From a bacterium (lineage in GTDB: Bacteria > UBA8248), in assembly GCA_965213685.1 (NCBI GenBank), contig CBDBZY010000064.1, forward strand, positions 768,001 to 832,000: a stretch of 64,000 nt of DNA, in the 5' to 3' direction. Made by a program: the position numbers and the translations under genes. The notes below the pieces were generated by a model. The model did no database searches and was not told where the DNA came from. It saw nothing but the letters and a program-made list of their open reading frames with translations. Position 1 is the first letter of the stretch. Every line of letters begins with the position of its first letter. This document shows, piece by piece, positions 32,121 to 44,823 of the stretch.

Positions 32121-32410
32121 AACAGTAAAAAAGGGCCTATTGCATTCAAGAGACAGTCATCACTGGACAAAAATCAGTAGAGAGCATTCTATTGGGGCAG
32201 AATCCCAACACATTGTGGTAGTAGTATGCCATATGTAGTTTGAGCACAATCTGTTTGAATCACTCCAGTAAAAAACAGTAAAAAAGGGCCTATCGCATTC
32301 AAGAGATAGTCATCGCTGGACAAACATCAGCAGAGAGCATTCTATTGGGGCAGAATCCCAACACATTGTGGTAGTAGTATGCCATAAGTAGTTTGAGCAC
32401 AATCTGTTTT
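32121..32410 (+). repeat. ~150-bp local tandem duplication of the pseudogene 3' end
   Basis: AACAGTAAAAAAGGGCCTAT...TTTGAGCACAATCTGTTT occurs at ~32121-32257 and ~32274-32409. Confidence 0.85.
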
Positions 32411-33601
32411 CACTCCCCACTCTTTCATGCATGTTGTTATGAGTGTACATGTTTGTCAGCACTATTTGATAAAGCACAACATGTTTGTTCACATCCATTT
32501 GCATCATTCTCATTGTGTTTATGCAGTAAACCATATATTGTGTACATCCTGAACCATATATAAATCTGTTCATGGAATACTATGAAGTGTAATTAGCAAG
32601 TGTACAGCCTTAAATGGTGCACATTATGGTCATCACTACCTCTTTTGTAGGGCATCAAGCATGCCATAGACATTCATATGCTCCTCTGCTGTTGTTGGGC
32701 AAACACATAGTCTAGTAGAGTGTACAGCTGCAGAGGACGCTCTCACACACTCTTCTGTTCTCTCCATACATCCTGAAAGACCAAGAGTTTGTAGTAGTGA
32801 CTCAGCTTGGTTCTACACCTGGTGTGTGAGGTAGGCAAGAATGCAACAAAATATACTATTGTTTTGAAGAAGGGTGTACTTACAGTTCCAAGTGCTCAGC
32901 CACTTTTACTCAGGGAACTTGTCACTTAAAATAGAGGCATGTGTAACTCTAGGATGTGGTGCTGGTAAGTAGGCATATCCAAAAACATGGTGTAGTAGAA
33001 AAAACAGTCAGCATACTGGTCAGCAGTCACCAGAGGTAAAACAGAGTACAAAACATATTATTCTTACACTGCATTGGTCATGCAGTGAAGCTATTATGAT
33101 GGTGTATAGGATGCAGGTTAGGAACCAGGTCTACACAGTCTTGAGTACTAGATTAACCTAACTCCCTAGACATTGTAATGGAATGGTCAAAGTATGGTGA
33201 CAGGTTCATGGGACATAGCAAGGATAATTACATTAGTGGTGTGAACGCACCCACTGGTAGATCTCTGCGTTGGGCTTCATTCAAAGCATGCTTCAGGGCC
33301 CAAAACTTCTCACTAGTTACACGATGGGATTGTGTTGGAATGCCATCAAATGTATGTATACTTGCATAATATTTGGCTTTCATATAAAAGTATATGTGTT
33401 GTTATAATTATGCAATATGAACTAACCCTAGCCCACTCTGTACATGTATGTCTGCCTATTTCTTCTGTATGGCTGTAATATTAGCCCTTCATGATTTCAC
33501 TTTTTAGGCATTTCTATGTGGTAGAGGAAACTCTCTAAGACCGAATTTGTACACTTATTTACTCACCTAATTCTCTCCCTGAACCACTGGCAGTCTTCAC
33601 T

Positions 33602-36600
33602 ATGTCACGCCCTGCAATCCCCAAAAAACCACCACAGCTGAGCATGTTGGTGAGAAGGAAGGGAAAAGCAGTGTCACATGCCACTCCGCCCACTGAGCCA
33701 AAAGTAAGTGACATTCCAGAACAGAATGAAACCCTTCCTGTCACCCAGTCGAGCACAGCGGTGCAGAGAGAAGAAGAAACAGAGTTATCCGTACCTCACT
33801 CCACTGAGTCAAGTGAAGGTAACATTTCGAAGCAGAATGAAGTGATTCCTGACAATAAGGTGGGTCTGGTGGGGAAAAAGGAAGGAAAAACAGATTCATC
33901 CATAGCTCAGTCCACTGAGTCATTGGAAGGTGACATTCCAGAACAAAATCAAACTACTTCTGACAGCCAGCTGAGCATGGTGGAGAAAGGGGAAGAAAAG
34001 GCCGAGTCATCCACAGCTCAGTCAAGTGAGGTTGACATTCCAGAGCAAAATCAAACAATTTCTGAGAACAAGCTGAGTGTGGTGGAGGAAAGGGCAGGCA
34101 AAGCCGAGCTATCCACAGCTCAGTCCACTGAGGTTGACATTCCAGAGCAAAATCAAACCATTTCTGAGAACAAGCTGAGTGTGGTGGAGGAAAGGGCAGG
34201 CAAAGCTGAGCTATCCACAGTTCAGTCCACTGAGGTTGACATTCGAGAGCAAAATCAAACCATTTCTGAGAACAAGCTGAGTGTGGTGGAGGAAAGGGCA
34301 GGCAAAGCTGAGCTATCTACAGCTCAGTCCACTGAGGCAAGTGATATTAACATTCCAGGGCAAAATCAAAGCCTTTCTGAGAGTCAGTTGAGCAGTGTGG
34401 CACAGAGGCAAGAGAACACAGAGGCAACCAAAACTCAGTCCACCGAGTTGAAGGTTATTTTTTTTCCAGAGCAAACTCAAACCCTTCCAGACAGCCAGCA
34501 GTGCAACACCAGTAAGAAACCCACTCAAAAAACAAAGCAACCTCCTCCAACTGCACCAAAACCTTACGTTCGAAAGAACTCAGTGGAAAATGGAGCAGAA
34601 TCGAAGGAAGCCGTTACTCCCTACAAACGAAGCAGAACACTCACTGTTCCAGCATATCTACCATACTTTCCTGCTTCATCAACTCTACCACGTCTCAAAG
34701 CAGCCAGGGCTGCAGCAAGATCTGGAGAGGGTCCCATAGTTCGACCAAAACCTCCGCCAAAACCTCCACGGCTGCAAATCAAGAAAAGCTTCAAGGGTCT
34801 TGAGACGCTTCCAGACAATCCCACAGAAAATGACCACAATGATGAAAATGATGTTCATGTCAATGGAGCTCAAACAATGCTCTCTCCATCTTCAGATCAA
34901 CAGCCTATATCCGATTATGAAAGGCCTGTGAGCCAGTCTGGCATCACACCTACAGCCTCCATACCATCAGAATCTCAGAGCAAGCAGCCACATGCACCAC
35001 TTACTAAACATATCTCCCTACCCTCAATCATGATGGAAGAGTCTCCTCAAAGCAGTGGGCCTTTTAAGTTTCCCCACACTCACAGTCCACTGAAGAAATG
35101 GAGCCCGACAGCAAGTAGGAAAATTGAACATTATGGCTTGCAGGCTAAAAATCTACCACTCTTCAAGGCCATGACACTGTCTGAGCTGTCCAAGAAGTAC
35201 TCCAAGTTCTTTCCTCTCAAGATCCAAATCACAGAGGGGCATTATGGCACATCCTGCAAAAACACAATATCAACTGATGATCGTTTGAATGTCCACTTCA
35301 AGAAGCGCACAAAGGAGGTGGTCATCCAGTACTATGGGCAGGACTACACCGTCCCTCTCAGCTCAGCTATCAAGTTTGGTCTCGTCTTTGACCCAGGCAA
35401 CAATGAGACACAAGCAATGGAGGGCCACACCTTTCGCCGGGTGGTTGACCTGATGTCTGTTCAGCCCCTACCCAAGCTGGTGCTGGTTATGAGTGGTTGC
35501 TTCTGCAGTAATGGTGTTTCCATTGATCGCGATGAGCTGTTGGTGGTTCTCAAGATCCAGAGGAAGCTGTTGCGAGGCAAGCGTATGCTCAAAGTCTTCA
35601 GCTTGCAAACTCTGAGCAAGAAGATGCTGCCAGAGGAATGCATTGGTAACTTCAGCACAAGACCACTTTGCCTGCAGATATATCTCTCCCAGCTTCTAGA
35701 GTATGTTCCCAATGCATTCCCATGCAAAGCAATGATGTACATTGACAAGGATGATGGAGACTTTGAAGGGATGAACGAGGAGGGGCTGCCCATTCATATG
35801 TTTTCCTGGCCTGTCATAGTGAAGGAGCCAATAAAGCAGAAGTCACTTGTTGCCTCCTCAGAGAGCACCCAGCAACTGGTGGACATACCACTGCATGGAA
35901 GCATTGCAGCAGTCAAAGCAGAGATAATTCCACTCCACAGCTCCGATGAGATCGACGAACTATTTACAAACACTCAGAAGTTCCTCGATCAATTTGACCC
36001 GACCAAAGTCGACATGTACAGAGAAACTACTTCAGAATCTGTTAGTGAGACACAGACCGCTCTCTACAAGATTGTTCGTAACAGCAGAAAGTGCCTTGGA
36101 GTGGATGTGGTGACACCTTTGGCCATAAAGAAGCTGAAAAAGGGCACACCAGTACTGACCAGGCACACCACTCTCGCAAGCACAGGAGAGCACATCTATG
36201 AGAAGATTACACATGGAGAGGAGAGTGAAGAAGAGTACGCAGAGGTGGAGCAGGTTGTCATTAGACCTCAGGTGACTGCAACTGCTGCAGATGACTATCT
36301 TGAGAACAGACCACTCAACGTAACAATCCTGCCAAAGAGTGGGAATGCATCAGTCCCACATTCAGGTAGTGGATCCTTCACCTATACCTACCTGACAAGG
36401 CAGGTTCAACCTGAAAGTGATACTGATACATTTTCTACTGACTCATTCTTGTCTGGTGACAGTGATAGCTTGCAGCAGCAACAGCCCCTGATCACAGAGG
36501 TGCCTTTAACTCCCTCCATTTCAGAAGAGAACAAGCAATACCTTTCTACACTAGACGTCAGCCAAGTAAGCTCACTACATTTTCACAGGTGCATTTAAAG

Positions 36601-36889
36601 CTAATGTAACACAAACAAAGGTATGAATGCTATATACGAGTTACATTAGCTCCTTCCCTTACAGGTGCAAAGTCTACTGGATGCTATGGGACTAAGCCAG
36701 TACAAGGATGCATTCGCTGGGGAACAAATCTCAGGGGACATTCTGGTGGACCTCGAGGACAAGGAACACATCCTGCAGAAAGACTTGGGAATGAGTGCAG
36801 AGCTACACAGGCTGAGGCTTATGAAGGTCATCAGAGGAGAATATTCGGCACAAAACTACTTGCAGCAATCATTCACCACAAGCACTTAA
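33602..36889 (+). CDS. CABIT-SAM adaptor paralog 4 with N-terminal acidic tandem repeats; exons 33602-36565 and 36665-36889; ~1062 aa
   Basis: CABIT-like core (MTLSELSKKYSKFFPLKIQITEGHYG..LNVHF..LPEECIGNFS). Donor CAA|GTAAGC at 36565/36566, acceptor TTACAG at 36663-36664, phase 0. SAM exon VQSLLDAMGLSQYKDAFAGEQISGDILV. Confidence 0.87.
33630..34500 (+). repeat. Coding minisatellite, core unit 102 bp / 34 aa
   Basis: GTTGACATTC at 34031, 34133 and 34235. Unit EVDIPEQNQTISENKLSVVEERAGKAELSTAQST, with diverged copies on both sides. Confidence 0.9.
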
Positions 36890-37149
36890 AGAGCCAAAGC
36901 TACATTCATTGAAATAATTGTTGTTTTTATTATTTTCAGTTACCCATTCTCTCCTGCACATGAATTTTTATCAGAGTCAGTAGACTCTCTATGCAGATAT
37001 GGAGCCAACAAAGGGAATCTTGCAAGTCACAAAAAACAGGCTCTATCTCACACACTGGTCTCGTCCCACTTCACCATGTAAGGCTAGCGCATGAGTGAGC
37101 ATGGAGGTACGAATAATGTATACACGCCGGTGCTTTCCTATACCTCTCA

Positions 37150-37800
37150 ACATTGGTCAATATTGTGATATGCATGTCTTTAGGGCCTTACAGTGGGAGC
37201 CCTGTGTATGACATACAGTATCAGTTGTTAATATTTCATGACGACATCTTTAGGTGTATAGCTCCATGCTGCTCTGCTACAAAGCAAAAGATGTACAATG
37301 TAGGCCCTATATTATCATGTCAAGACATAATTCTTAGTGTTAGTGCAAAAGGACCTTGGCATGTGAACTTAACATGTTCTACATATTTACCATTGAGATG
37401 CAGCCCTAGAATCGTCTATTATAAGCCTGAAATGCAGATAGCATTATGTCGCTCTAAATCCACAAAATCATTGGAATACTTATTAATAGGCTTCCACAGA
37501 TGTATGTCATCAGTGTACATGGTTAACATTGCTCCACCAGAGAAGCCAAGATAAGCAACACAGTTTATGTGTTCACAAAGAGCAAGGGGCCCAGCAGAGA
37601 CCTCTGTGGGACCCCAGATACAACAGAAGTAGTGCACAATGTGGTTTATAATTCCATAAGTTTGACAATTGAAGACAATTGTGCCCACTAATCCCCTACA
37701 AGGACAACTGCTGCATTCCATGGCCCTACATGCAAGGGGGAAGCACGCATCATAAAATTCAAATTCCCCCACTCCCCCATGGTATCTGTGGTTCGCTACA
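37150..37800 (-). mobile_element. Degenerate LINE reverse-transcriptase fragment
   Basis: Minus strand reads SVVSGVPQRSLLGPLLF, then after a frameshift MYTDDIHLWKPI. These are the GVPQGS.LGP and YADD motifs of non-LTR RT. Confidence 0.7.
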
Positions 37801-38554
37801 CCCACACGCTCATGTACATACGTGCAGTGTTAACAGCATTGAAGTACTGGCAGTCCAGTTGTGGTTCAGAGAATTAAGGCAACTGTAGCTACATAGCGAT
37901 CTATCCACTCCAATCAGCACCAGAACGCGGAGGTAAGAAGTGAAGGTCACATTCTGCGGCATGACAGCGGCTTCGGGTGTTAGCATAGGTACTATGTGGG
38001 TAAATATAGTATCTATGGTTGTAGGCCCACATCGTTATAGGCGTGCAAGTGCATATGTACACGTTTGGTACCCCCACTTTCGCTAGGCATAGATATATGA
38101 CCCCTGCCCCTTATGTAGTGCTATTAATGAGATTTTCGTGGTTAGTGTACAAGCTGTCTCCAGCGCTCAGTCTCCCAAATACCTACTGTGACTGATGTAG
38201 TACTACGCGATGTGCATATCACAAGTTGATTGTAGCTGCATATGTAGATCTAGCTCCGTTCCTCACAATGGCTCCCGATCACCAGACATGGCTGCTATCA
38301 ATGTTAGTAGCTGTGATAAAATGCGATGGCAAAACTGTAGGGAGCTTGGTTCTGGATTGTAGCTATAGCCGTATTACATAGCAACTGAAATATCTCAGTC
38401 AGTGGGAGTGAGTCCCTTGGGTATAGCGAGCTAACTGTGTATAGTGTTTTCTTCTCCAGAGATTAACTACACTTATAAGAACAAAGTGTTTATGCTCTTA
38501 GAGCACATACAGGAGTTTCAATTGATTTTGACTGTTTTCTCTCTAATAGAAAAA

Positions 38555-40688
38555 ATGTCTGCCAGCAGAGAAACTGGAAATGACCCACCAGGTGAATCAG
38601 TGGGACCTGGAAATGACCCACCAGGTGATTCAGTGGGGCCTCAGAGTCCTGTGCGTAAAGATGACATGTCCCCTGGCACAAAACGAAAGAACCGTACTCA
38701 ACGACCCAAAGTACCACCAAAGAGTCCAATTGTTAGAGCCAAGTCTGTATCTGCACAAAAAAGTGATGCATCCTCTAATGCTGGCTCTGTTGCTCCACCC
38801 TTGGTGCCACCTCGTATCAATGCACCAAACACATCAATTCAAAGCTTGCCTCCTTCTAGAAAACGTCCCATTCCTATACCTCGGGTTTATGAGGTGCTGG
38901 AGCCCTCAGAGCCTACATCACCCACACCTCCCAAGAAAGAAGTTGTTGTTGAAGTGACAACTGTTGAAGGATTGGCTAAGAGACCAAATGACTTGCCCAT
39001 AATGGCTCGATTCATAGATGGCTACTATGGCAAAACGACGCGTTTTTCTGTCTCTTCTGGTGACAAGTTCCAATTTCACTTTGTGAAGCAGACCAAAGTT
39101 CTTTCAGTACAAGATCAATTTGGAGCAGGATATGCAGTACCAATGAGCTCTGCATCAAAATTTGGGCTGCTTTATGACCAAAGCAAGATGCCTTCAGCTG
39201 CAAACTTCAAGGCTGTGTCAGATCTCCTTTTGTTGAAGAACCTGCCACATGTGATATGTGCTCAGAAATGTGTTCATGGCAAGAATAGGAAAGTGGAAGT
39301 AGATGAAGGTGATGTGCTAGTGGTGAAAGAGAAACACAAGAAGGAACTACGGTGCTACAATCTTCGTACAAGTTCAGATGTGGCGCTGAACAAACACTGT
39401 GAAGGCCACTTCACTCTGGATCCTGAGAAAACCAGAATGTTTCCAATGGATATTGTTAATCACTTGCCTAATGTGTTCCCCATAAAGGCAAGAATGTACA
39501 TGCCAACTACAGAAACTGGAAGCACAAAAAGCAAGCAGAGGAAGATTTTCACACTGCTAGGATCCACAATTGAAGTCTCACTAATAGGAAGGAGTGACCA
39601 ACAGGAATATGATGATTTGGTGGACATACCTCTAGATAAAAACCTCTCAAAGCTGCGCATTGAAATATTAGCTTCTGACAACATGCCACATCTCTATGAA
39701 GATGCTCAAGCAGTAGCAAAGAGTTTTGATCCTTCAAAATGTATCGCATTCAGAGACGTAGGATCAGATGCTGGATTTGATTTGCAAAGTGCGCTCATTA
39801 AGGAAGTGCGGCCGGAAGAGAAATATTTGGGAGTACAACTCTGCACAAGTGAATATGTTCACATGCAGGCATTTAGATGCAAAGCTCAGAAGGAAGAGAG
39901 ACCAGCCTATGCCACCTTAGATATAGTAAAAACATCAGACATGATCAATGAAGACACAAATCAAGAATATTCCACCATTGATGATTTCCTAAATGGTAGC
40001 GAGATGGCAAGGCAATCACAACAGCCTGAAACAATGAAGAGGCCTGTGGAAACACAGCAGAAGCAGGTTTCATTGTCACCATCTACAACGCCAGCAGCCT
40101 CCATTGTACCTTCGGGAAAACACGCTGGCACATCCACAGGACATTCTTTGTCGTCAAGTCCCAGGGGTGTGATTGCTTTTCCTCCCACACAAGGAGCTCC
40201 TGACAATCCTGAACATGAATACATGACTATCAGTGACTTTTATTCACCCAATGAAACAACAGATTCAGTTGCACCCCAACTCACCACTGCCCTTGAACAA
40301 GAGAAAAAGTCTGTGACAGAAACCAACAGACAATTCTTAACAACAATGGATGTACCTCATGTGAGTGTCCTTCTTGTTTCTGACTATAAGTTGTGTACTA
40401 GCTCTAGACCTTGTTTTTCCAGTATATTCATGCCTATATCTTCCATCAATACAGGTACTAGATCTACTTGATGCTATGAGGCTCAGCCAGTACAAACAAA
40501 CATTTGAAGCAGAGCAGATATCTGGAGATGTCCTGATGGATTGTGATGAAGAGTTGCTGGAGAAGGATCTTGGAGTGAGCAAAAAGGTACATCGCATTCG
40601 ATTGATGAAAATAGTGCAAGGACAACACTCAGCTAAAAATATTCTGGAAGGCCTTAGCCCATACTCAGATCCTTCCACCCTTCGCTGA
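38555..40688 (+). CDS. CABIT-SAM adaptor paralog 5; exons 38555-40360 and 40455-40688; ~679 aa
   Basis: ATG at 38555 follows an acceptor-like TTTTCTCTCTAATAG. Motifs PKVPPKSP and PPLVPPR, CABIT core with HCEGHFT. Donor CAT|GTGAGT at 40360/40361, acceptor TACAG at 40453-40454. SAM exon VLDLLDAMRLSQYKQTFEAEQISG. Confidence 0.85.
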
Positions 40689-41153
40689 ATGTAAACATCT
40701 TAGCATCAGTTAGCACTGGGATGTCATAATGGATGTCATAACGTTTTGTATGTTTGTAGTGTTTCACACATTTTTCTGCACTGTAACCTTTGAACAGAAT
40801 GTGTTTTGGCAATCATAGATTCATATGTTTGTCACATCCAGTTGAGAATGAATGCATGTGCAGAATGCAAAGAATGTGCATGTGCAGCATGAGGTGTTAT
40901 ACCAATATAATAATTCACTTAGTGAACATCCTACACATTGCACTCATGCACAGGGTTGGGTGTATGCGCATGTGTGAAGAGTTATGGTATTTGCTAGCCT
41001 GTAATAGGAGCACCACTCCTCCTCCCTATATGTTATTACATGCCTGCATCAGACCTATTGACTGCTTGGCATTACTAGGGAACATTATATGCTATGTGTA
41101 CAAAAACAACCATTAAGGCAAACATGAAGTAATACTAGAACAACACAATTTGT

Positions 41154-43193
41154 CTAAGCTTGTCCATATGGGTCTAGCCCCTTCATAATGGATTGAGCAG
41201 AGTGAGAGCCATCAATAATCTTCATCAACCTCATGCGATGAATCTTTTTGGACACTTTCAGTTCATCTCTTAGTTCTAGATCGGAACACTGAATCAGGAT
41301 GTCTCCAGATATTTGTTCCTGGAGGAACATATCCTTGTACTGTCGCAGTCCCATGCTCTCTAGTAGGTTCTGCACCTGTTGCATGGATTTATCAATACAC
41401 ATTAATAATACACTAATTGTACAAATTTCTGCTCTAGACATGTGTACCAAGAAATTGCTACAGCCAACACACCCCAAGCCATCAAAGGGCGATGGAATTG
41501 CCCAAATGCTTATTCGTTATGTACTCCCTACATCTTAGTAACTCCCACTACCTCTGTATGATTCTACTGAGTAAACTTGATACCATATATAGTAACACAC
41601 CTGGAGTACATTCATGGACATTACAAATCTCCGGTTTCCTTCTTCTACAGACTGTGGATTTACGTAGGGTGTAGGTGCTGCTTCAGCTCTTGAGTCATCT
41701 TGTATTGTATTGACGGGCTCCTCATGTGGCACCGCATATTCTTCTTCTTTGGTTTCTTCTTGCAACTGTAGTTTTTCATACACATACTGTTCATCAGGAA
41801 ACTCCTCAGGTGCGCTTGGTATGGGGCTGTTGTATTTGTATGCAGGATCTGAAGCAATCGGCTGAACAGAAGATACAGGAACCATTTTGACATAGGGGTC
41901 ATAGTTAGCTTTGGAACCAGGGCGAACCACTTGGAAGAGGAGGTTTTGTAATTCAAATACTTCATCATTGCTTGCATCTTTCAGCATTATGAACTTTGAA
42001 GGGTCAAACTTGCTTTTGAGTAGCTGCGTACTCTGGTGAAGTTGCTGTGCTTCTTCCAATCCTAGTGCTGGGATCATACGCACTGCCAAGGAAGATAAGG
42101 CATCATCCATTGGTATATTCAGGAGTGGCTGGCTAGCATTGCTGTCAGGGCCAACATTGGATGCAATCAGGGAAGATAAAACAGCACTTCCGCAAATATT
42201 CACAATGGCACCAGATTGCATTTCAGATCTCTTACTGGTAATTTGATGGTTGGGATATATCTTTGCCATGCAAGGAAAAGCATTTGGTAAGTGCTGAACA
42301 ATGTCAGAGAGGTACAATTTTGTTTTCTCAGCATCGGCAGTAAAATGGCCCTTGAAGTCTTCCCCCAGCTCAATGTCTTCATATTGAGGCAGGCTGAAGC
42401 ACCTCAGCGTGGATCTTCCTACCCCCTTCACAATGCAAATCTGCCCCTTGGCCACATACACCTTACGTTTCTTTACCACGTCCCTTTGGGCACAAATTAC
42501 CCTTGGGACTTTGGACAGAGCAAGGATGTCACCTACTTTTGCATATGTCTGACTAGACATCTGTGGCATGGCTTCTGATTCTGCGTCAAACAAAATGCCA
42601 AACTTCACTGCAGAGTTCAGTGGCACCAAATATTCCACTCCCATGGCATCACGCACTGTGATCACATCAGTGTGCTTCACAAAATGAATGTTAAGCCTCT
42701 GCTCTGCCATAAGTGAAAATTTAGAGGTTTGGCTGCAGTAACCATTGATCAGCTCCACCTGGACTGGAAATATGCTGGGAGGCTTCTGTGCAAGTTCCAA
42801 AAGGGTGAGATCTTGCTGGGTCATGCTTAGAGGCCGATGGACACAGCTTTCTGCACGCTTTCGTTGCTTTCGAGAGTAATCATGAAAGGCCGTGACTTGG
42901 GTAGAGTAGGAGCGGTTGCGGGGAGGAGGTAGTGGGGGCTGATGTTGATAGTGCTGATTTGTACTCAGTGCATGTGTCCTTGATTGTCTTGGCATGGAAT
43001 GTGAGTTGCTCACCCAGTTACGTCGTTCGAGTATTGGAGAGTTAGGTAGTGAATGTGGCAGACCTTGCATGTCAGATCGCCATAAGGGCCGCTCTGGCTG
43101 TGGAGTAAAAGGCCGTTGGTACACTTCTCTCTCACATGACTCGAGGCTGCTACTGATGGTAACACTGCAGCCAGGTGATTGTGGTGTGGCCAT
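41154..43193 (-). CDS. CABIT-SAM adaptor paralog 6; exons 43193-41601 and 41375-41154; ~604 aa
   Basis: PPLPPPR motif and a CABIT core with DFKGHFT in place of xCxGxF. Donor CAG|GTGTGT at 41601/41600, acceptor AACAG at 41377-41376. SAM exon VQNLLESMGLRQYKDMFLQEQISG. Confidence 0.85.
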
Positions 43194-43536
43194 CTAAGAC
43201 AAAGAGACAGTAACACTGACAATGTCAGTGTACCCTACAACAAGACAGTTGACAGACATAACTCCGTCTACACCAACCTTCTTGGGATTTAGTTAGGAGT
43301 TTTAGAAGGTAGAGTCAGTGAACAAGCACTCCTGATGACAACAACTCAGCAACTGACTAGGTAGCTAGCAGTCTACAAACTCTGTGGGTTGCCAAACTGG
43401 GGTTAGGGAGTGGAAGCACCCCTACACAACTATTTCAATGTGGTATTCAGAGAATTTGGTAGTGTAGTATGCTACATCAAAGAGGCATTGCTGGACATGC
43501 ATGACTACCTGCGATCAGAGGAGGGGTTACATGTGG

Positions 43537-44443
43537 GAGTGTGAACTCAGTGGAGTGGACTGAAGTCTGGACTGGACTACTGGACTGGACCACTGGACTA
43601 CTGGAGCGGTGGACTGGATAGTACAGCTTTCGCAGTCAGCATCATAACCTGCATGGCATCATGTACAATAGTGGTTGATCTTCTGCAGACTTGTGGCCTC
43701 TCTTGCCAGTATGCTTGTGTAACACATCAACTTACCACTGGTTGCGTACCATGGTAGGCTTCTAGCATAGACAGCATGGACCTTGACCTTGGCGCAGGAT
43801 AACCAGAGTCATGAGCGTGAGTAGGCCTGAAGATAGTATTCCGGGAATAATGAATCAAGAATATTCCCAGAATAATCGGAAGAACACAGGGAAATATTCA
43901 TGACTACCATGGTAGTTTCCTCATCAGACTGGAGAGTGGGGACAAGAATACGACTATACCATGTGGCCTAGTTGAAAACAATGGCTCAGTGTCACCCACT
44001 CTGCAACAATATGTGAAGTGTCACTCATGGTTCAGTAAAACGATCACTACAATGTTCCCAACATGTGATACTATGTGCAAGTGTAACAAAGTAATGTACT
44101 TTGTGCAGTAAGCTTTGAGAACATGTAAAGAATAGGTATTGGGAATAATCTAAAGATTTGAAAGAATAATTCTGGGAATAAGGATAGAATAATGAGCCGA
44201 CTTTTGGGAATAATATCCTCAGGCCTAAGACCTCCCCTCCCCTTTTTCGCGCGCATGCGTGAACGGTCTGCGAGACTACCTGTACTGTTGGTGATATTTG
44301 GGAGGAGAAACGGTCAGCAGAGCTCTAACTATCACGGTGCTTATGATGTTGACTACGTAAAAGCTGTACTATATATCCAGCTCCAGTAGTCCAGTGGTCC
44401 AGTCCAGTGGTCCAGTCCAGACTCCAGTCCACTGTTCACACTC
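43537..44443. mobile_element. Non-autonomous DNA transposon with ~65-bp ACTGG-repeat TIRs; contains a nested TAG-terminated MITE (43822-44227)
   Basis: GAGTGTGAAC...GGACTACTGGAGC at 43537-43608 is inverted at 44380-44443. Inner TIRs are TAGGCCTGAAGATAGTATTCC / GGAATAATATCCTCAGGCCTA. No clear TSD. Confidence 0.75.
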
Positions 44444-44823
44444 TCGTTTCATATATACATGCACTTGTTCCTAGTGCGACTACGAGACTGTGAACGCGGG
44501 CAACTACGAGACGGGGAAAGACACGTCTTCATGGGCAGCGCTGTTCACAGTGCCCGTCCACCCGTTCGCTCCCGAGGTTGGAGTCCGCTGTAAAGATCAA
44601 AGGATAATAGAGCACGCTAGGCATAATAGAGCACTCCTGTTAACTTTGATCTTAGACGGCTTCGTGCTCTATGGCGTATAGAGCACGGCGGCGCACTTTG
44701 ATGTTAGATGGTTTCGTACACTAAATCTATATGAAAGTGTCTTGTTTGTCTTTCATTTTCCAGCAGCATATAGAACGATTTCTAATAGCAAAATTCAGTA
44801 GTATTGCAGCAGATAGCGTAGCA

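Larger units (their letters stand above)
30100..32240 (+). pseudogene. CABIT-SAM paralog pseudogene (seventh family member)
   Basis: Frameshifted homologous pieces: LTLGELAK, VEILDGF, QVEVVTMEDQTGVHYDIPLSS, VEEGEILILK..LACYSLTTNTEKVLSKECNGYFT, LDIVTHLQRALPCKV and RQYLISLDMPL|GTAAG (donor 31820). Acceptor at 32016-32017, then VLDL..GDVLVECDEKMLQYELG..VITGQKSVESILLGQNP. Interrupted by two insertions. Confidence 0.85.

Noticed and set aside
38444-38554. 37-aa N-terminal extension of the 675-aa ORF
   Set aside because: It has a non-ATG start, AT-rich intron-like sequence and a splice acceptor just before ATG 38555.
44731-44823. 31-aa N-terminal extension of the TM protein ORF
   Set aside because: The ATG and frame are not conserved in the inverted copy, the segment contains a splice acceptor, and the signal peptide starts at 44824.
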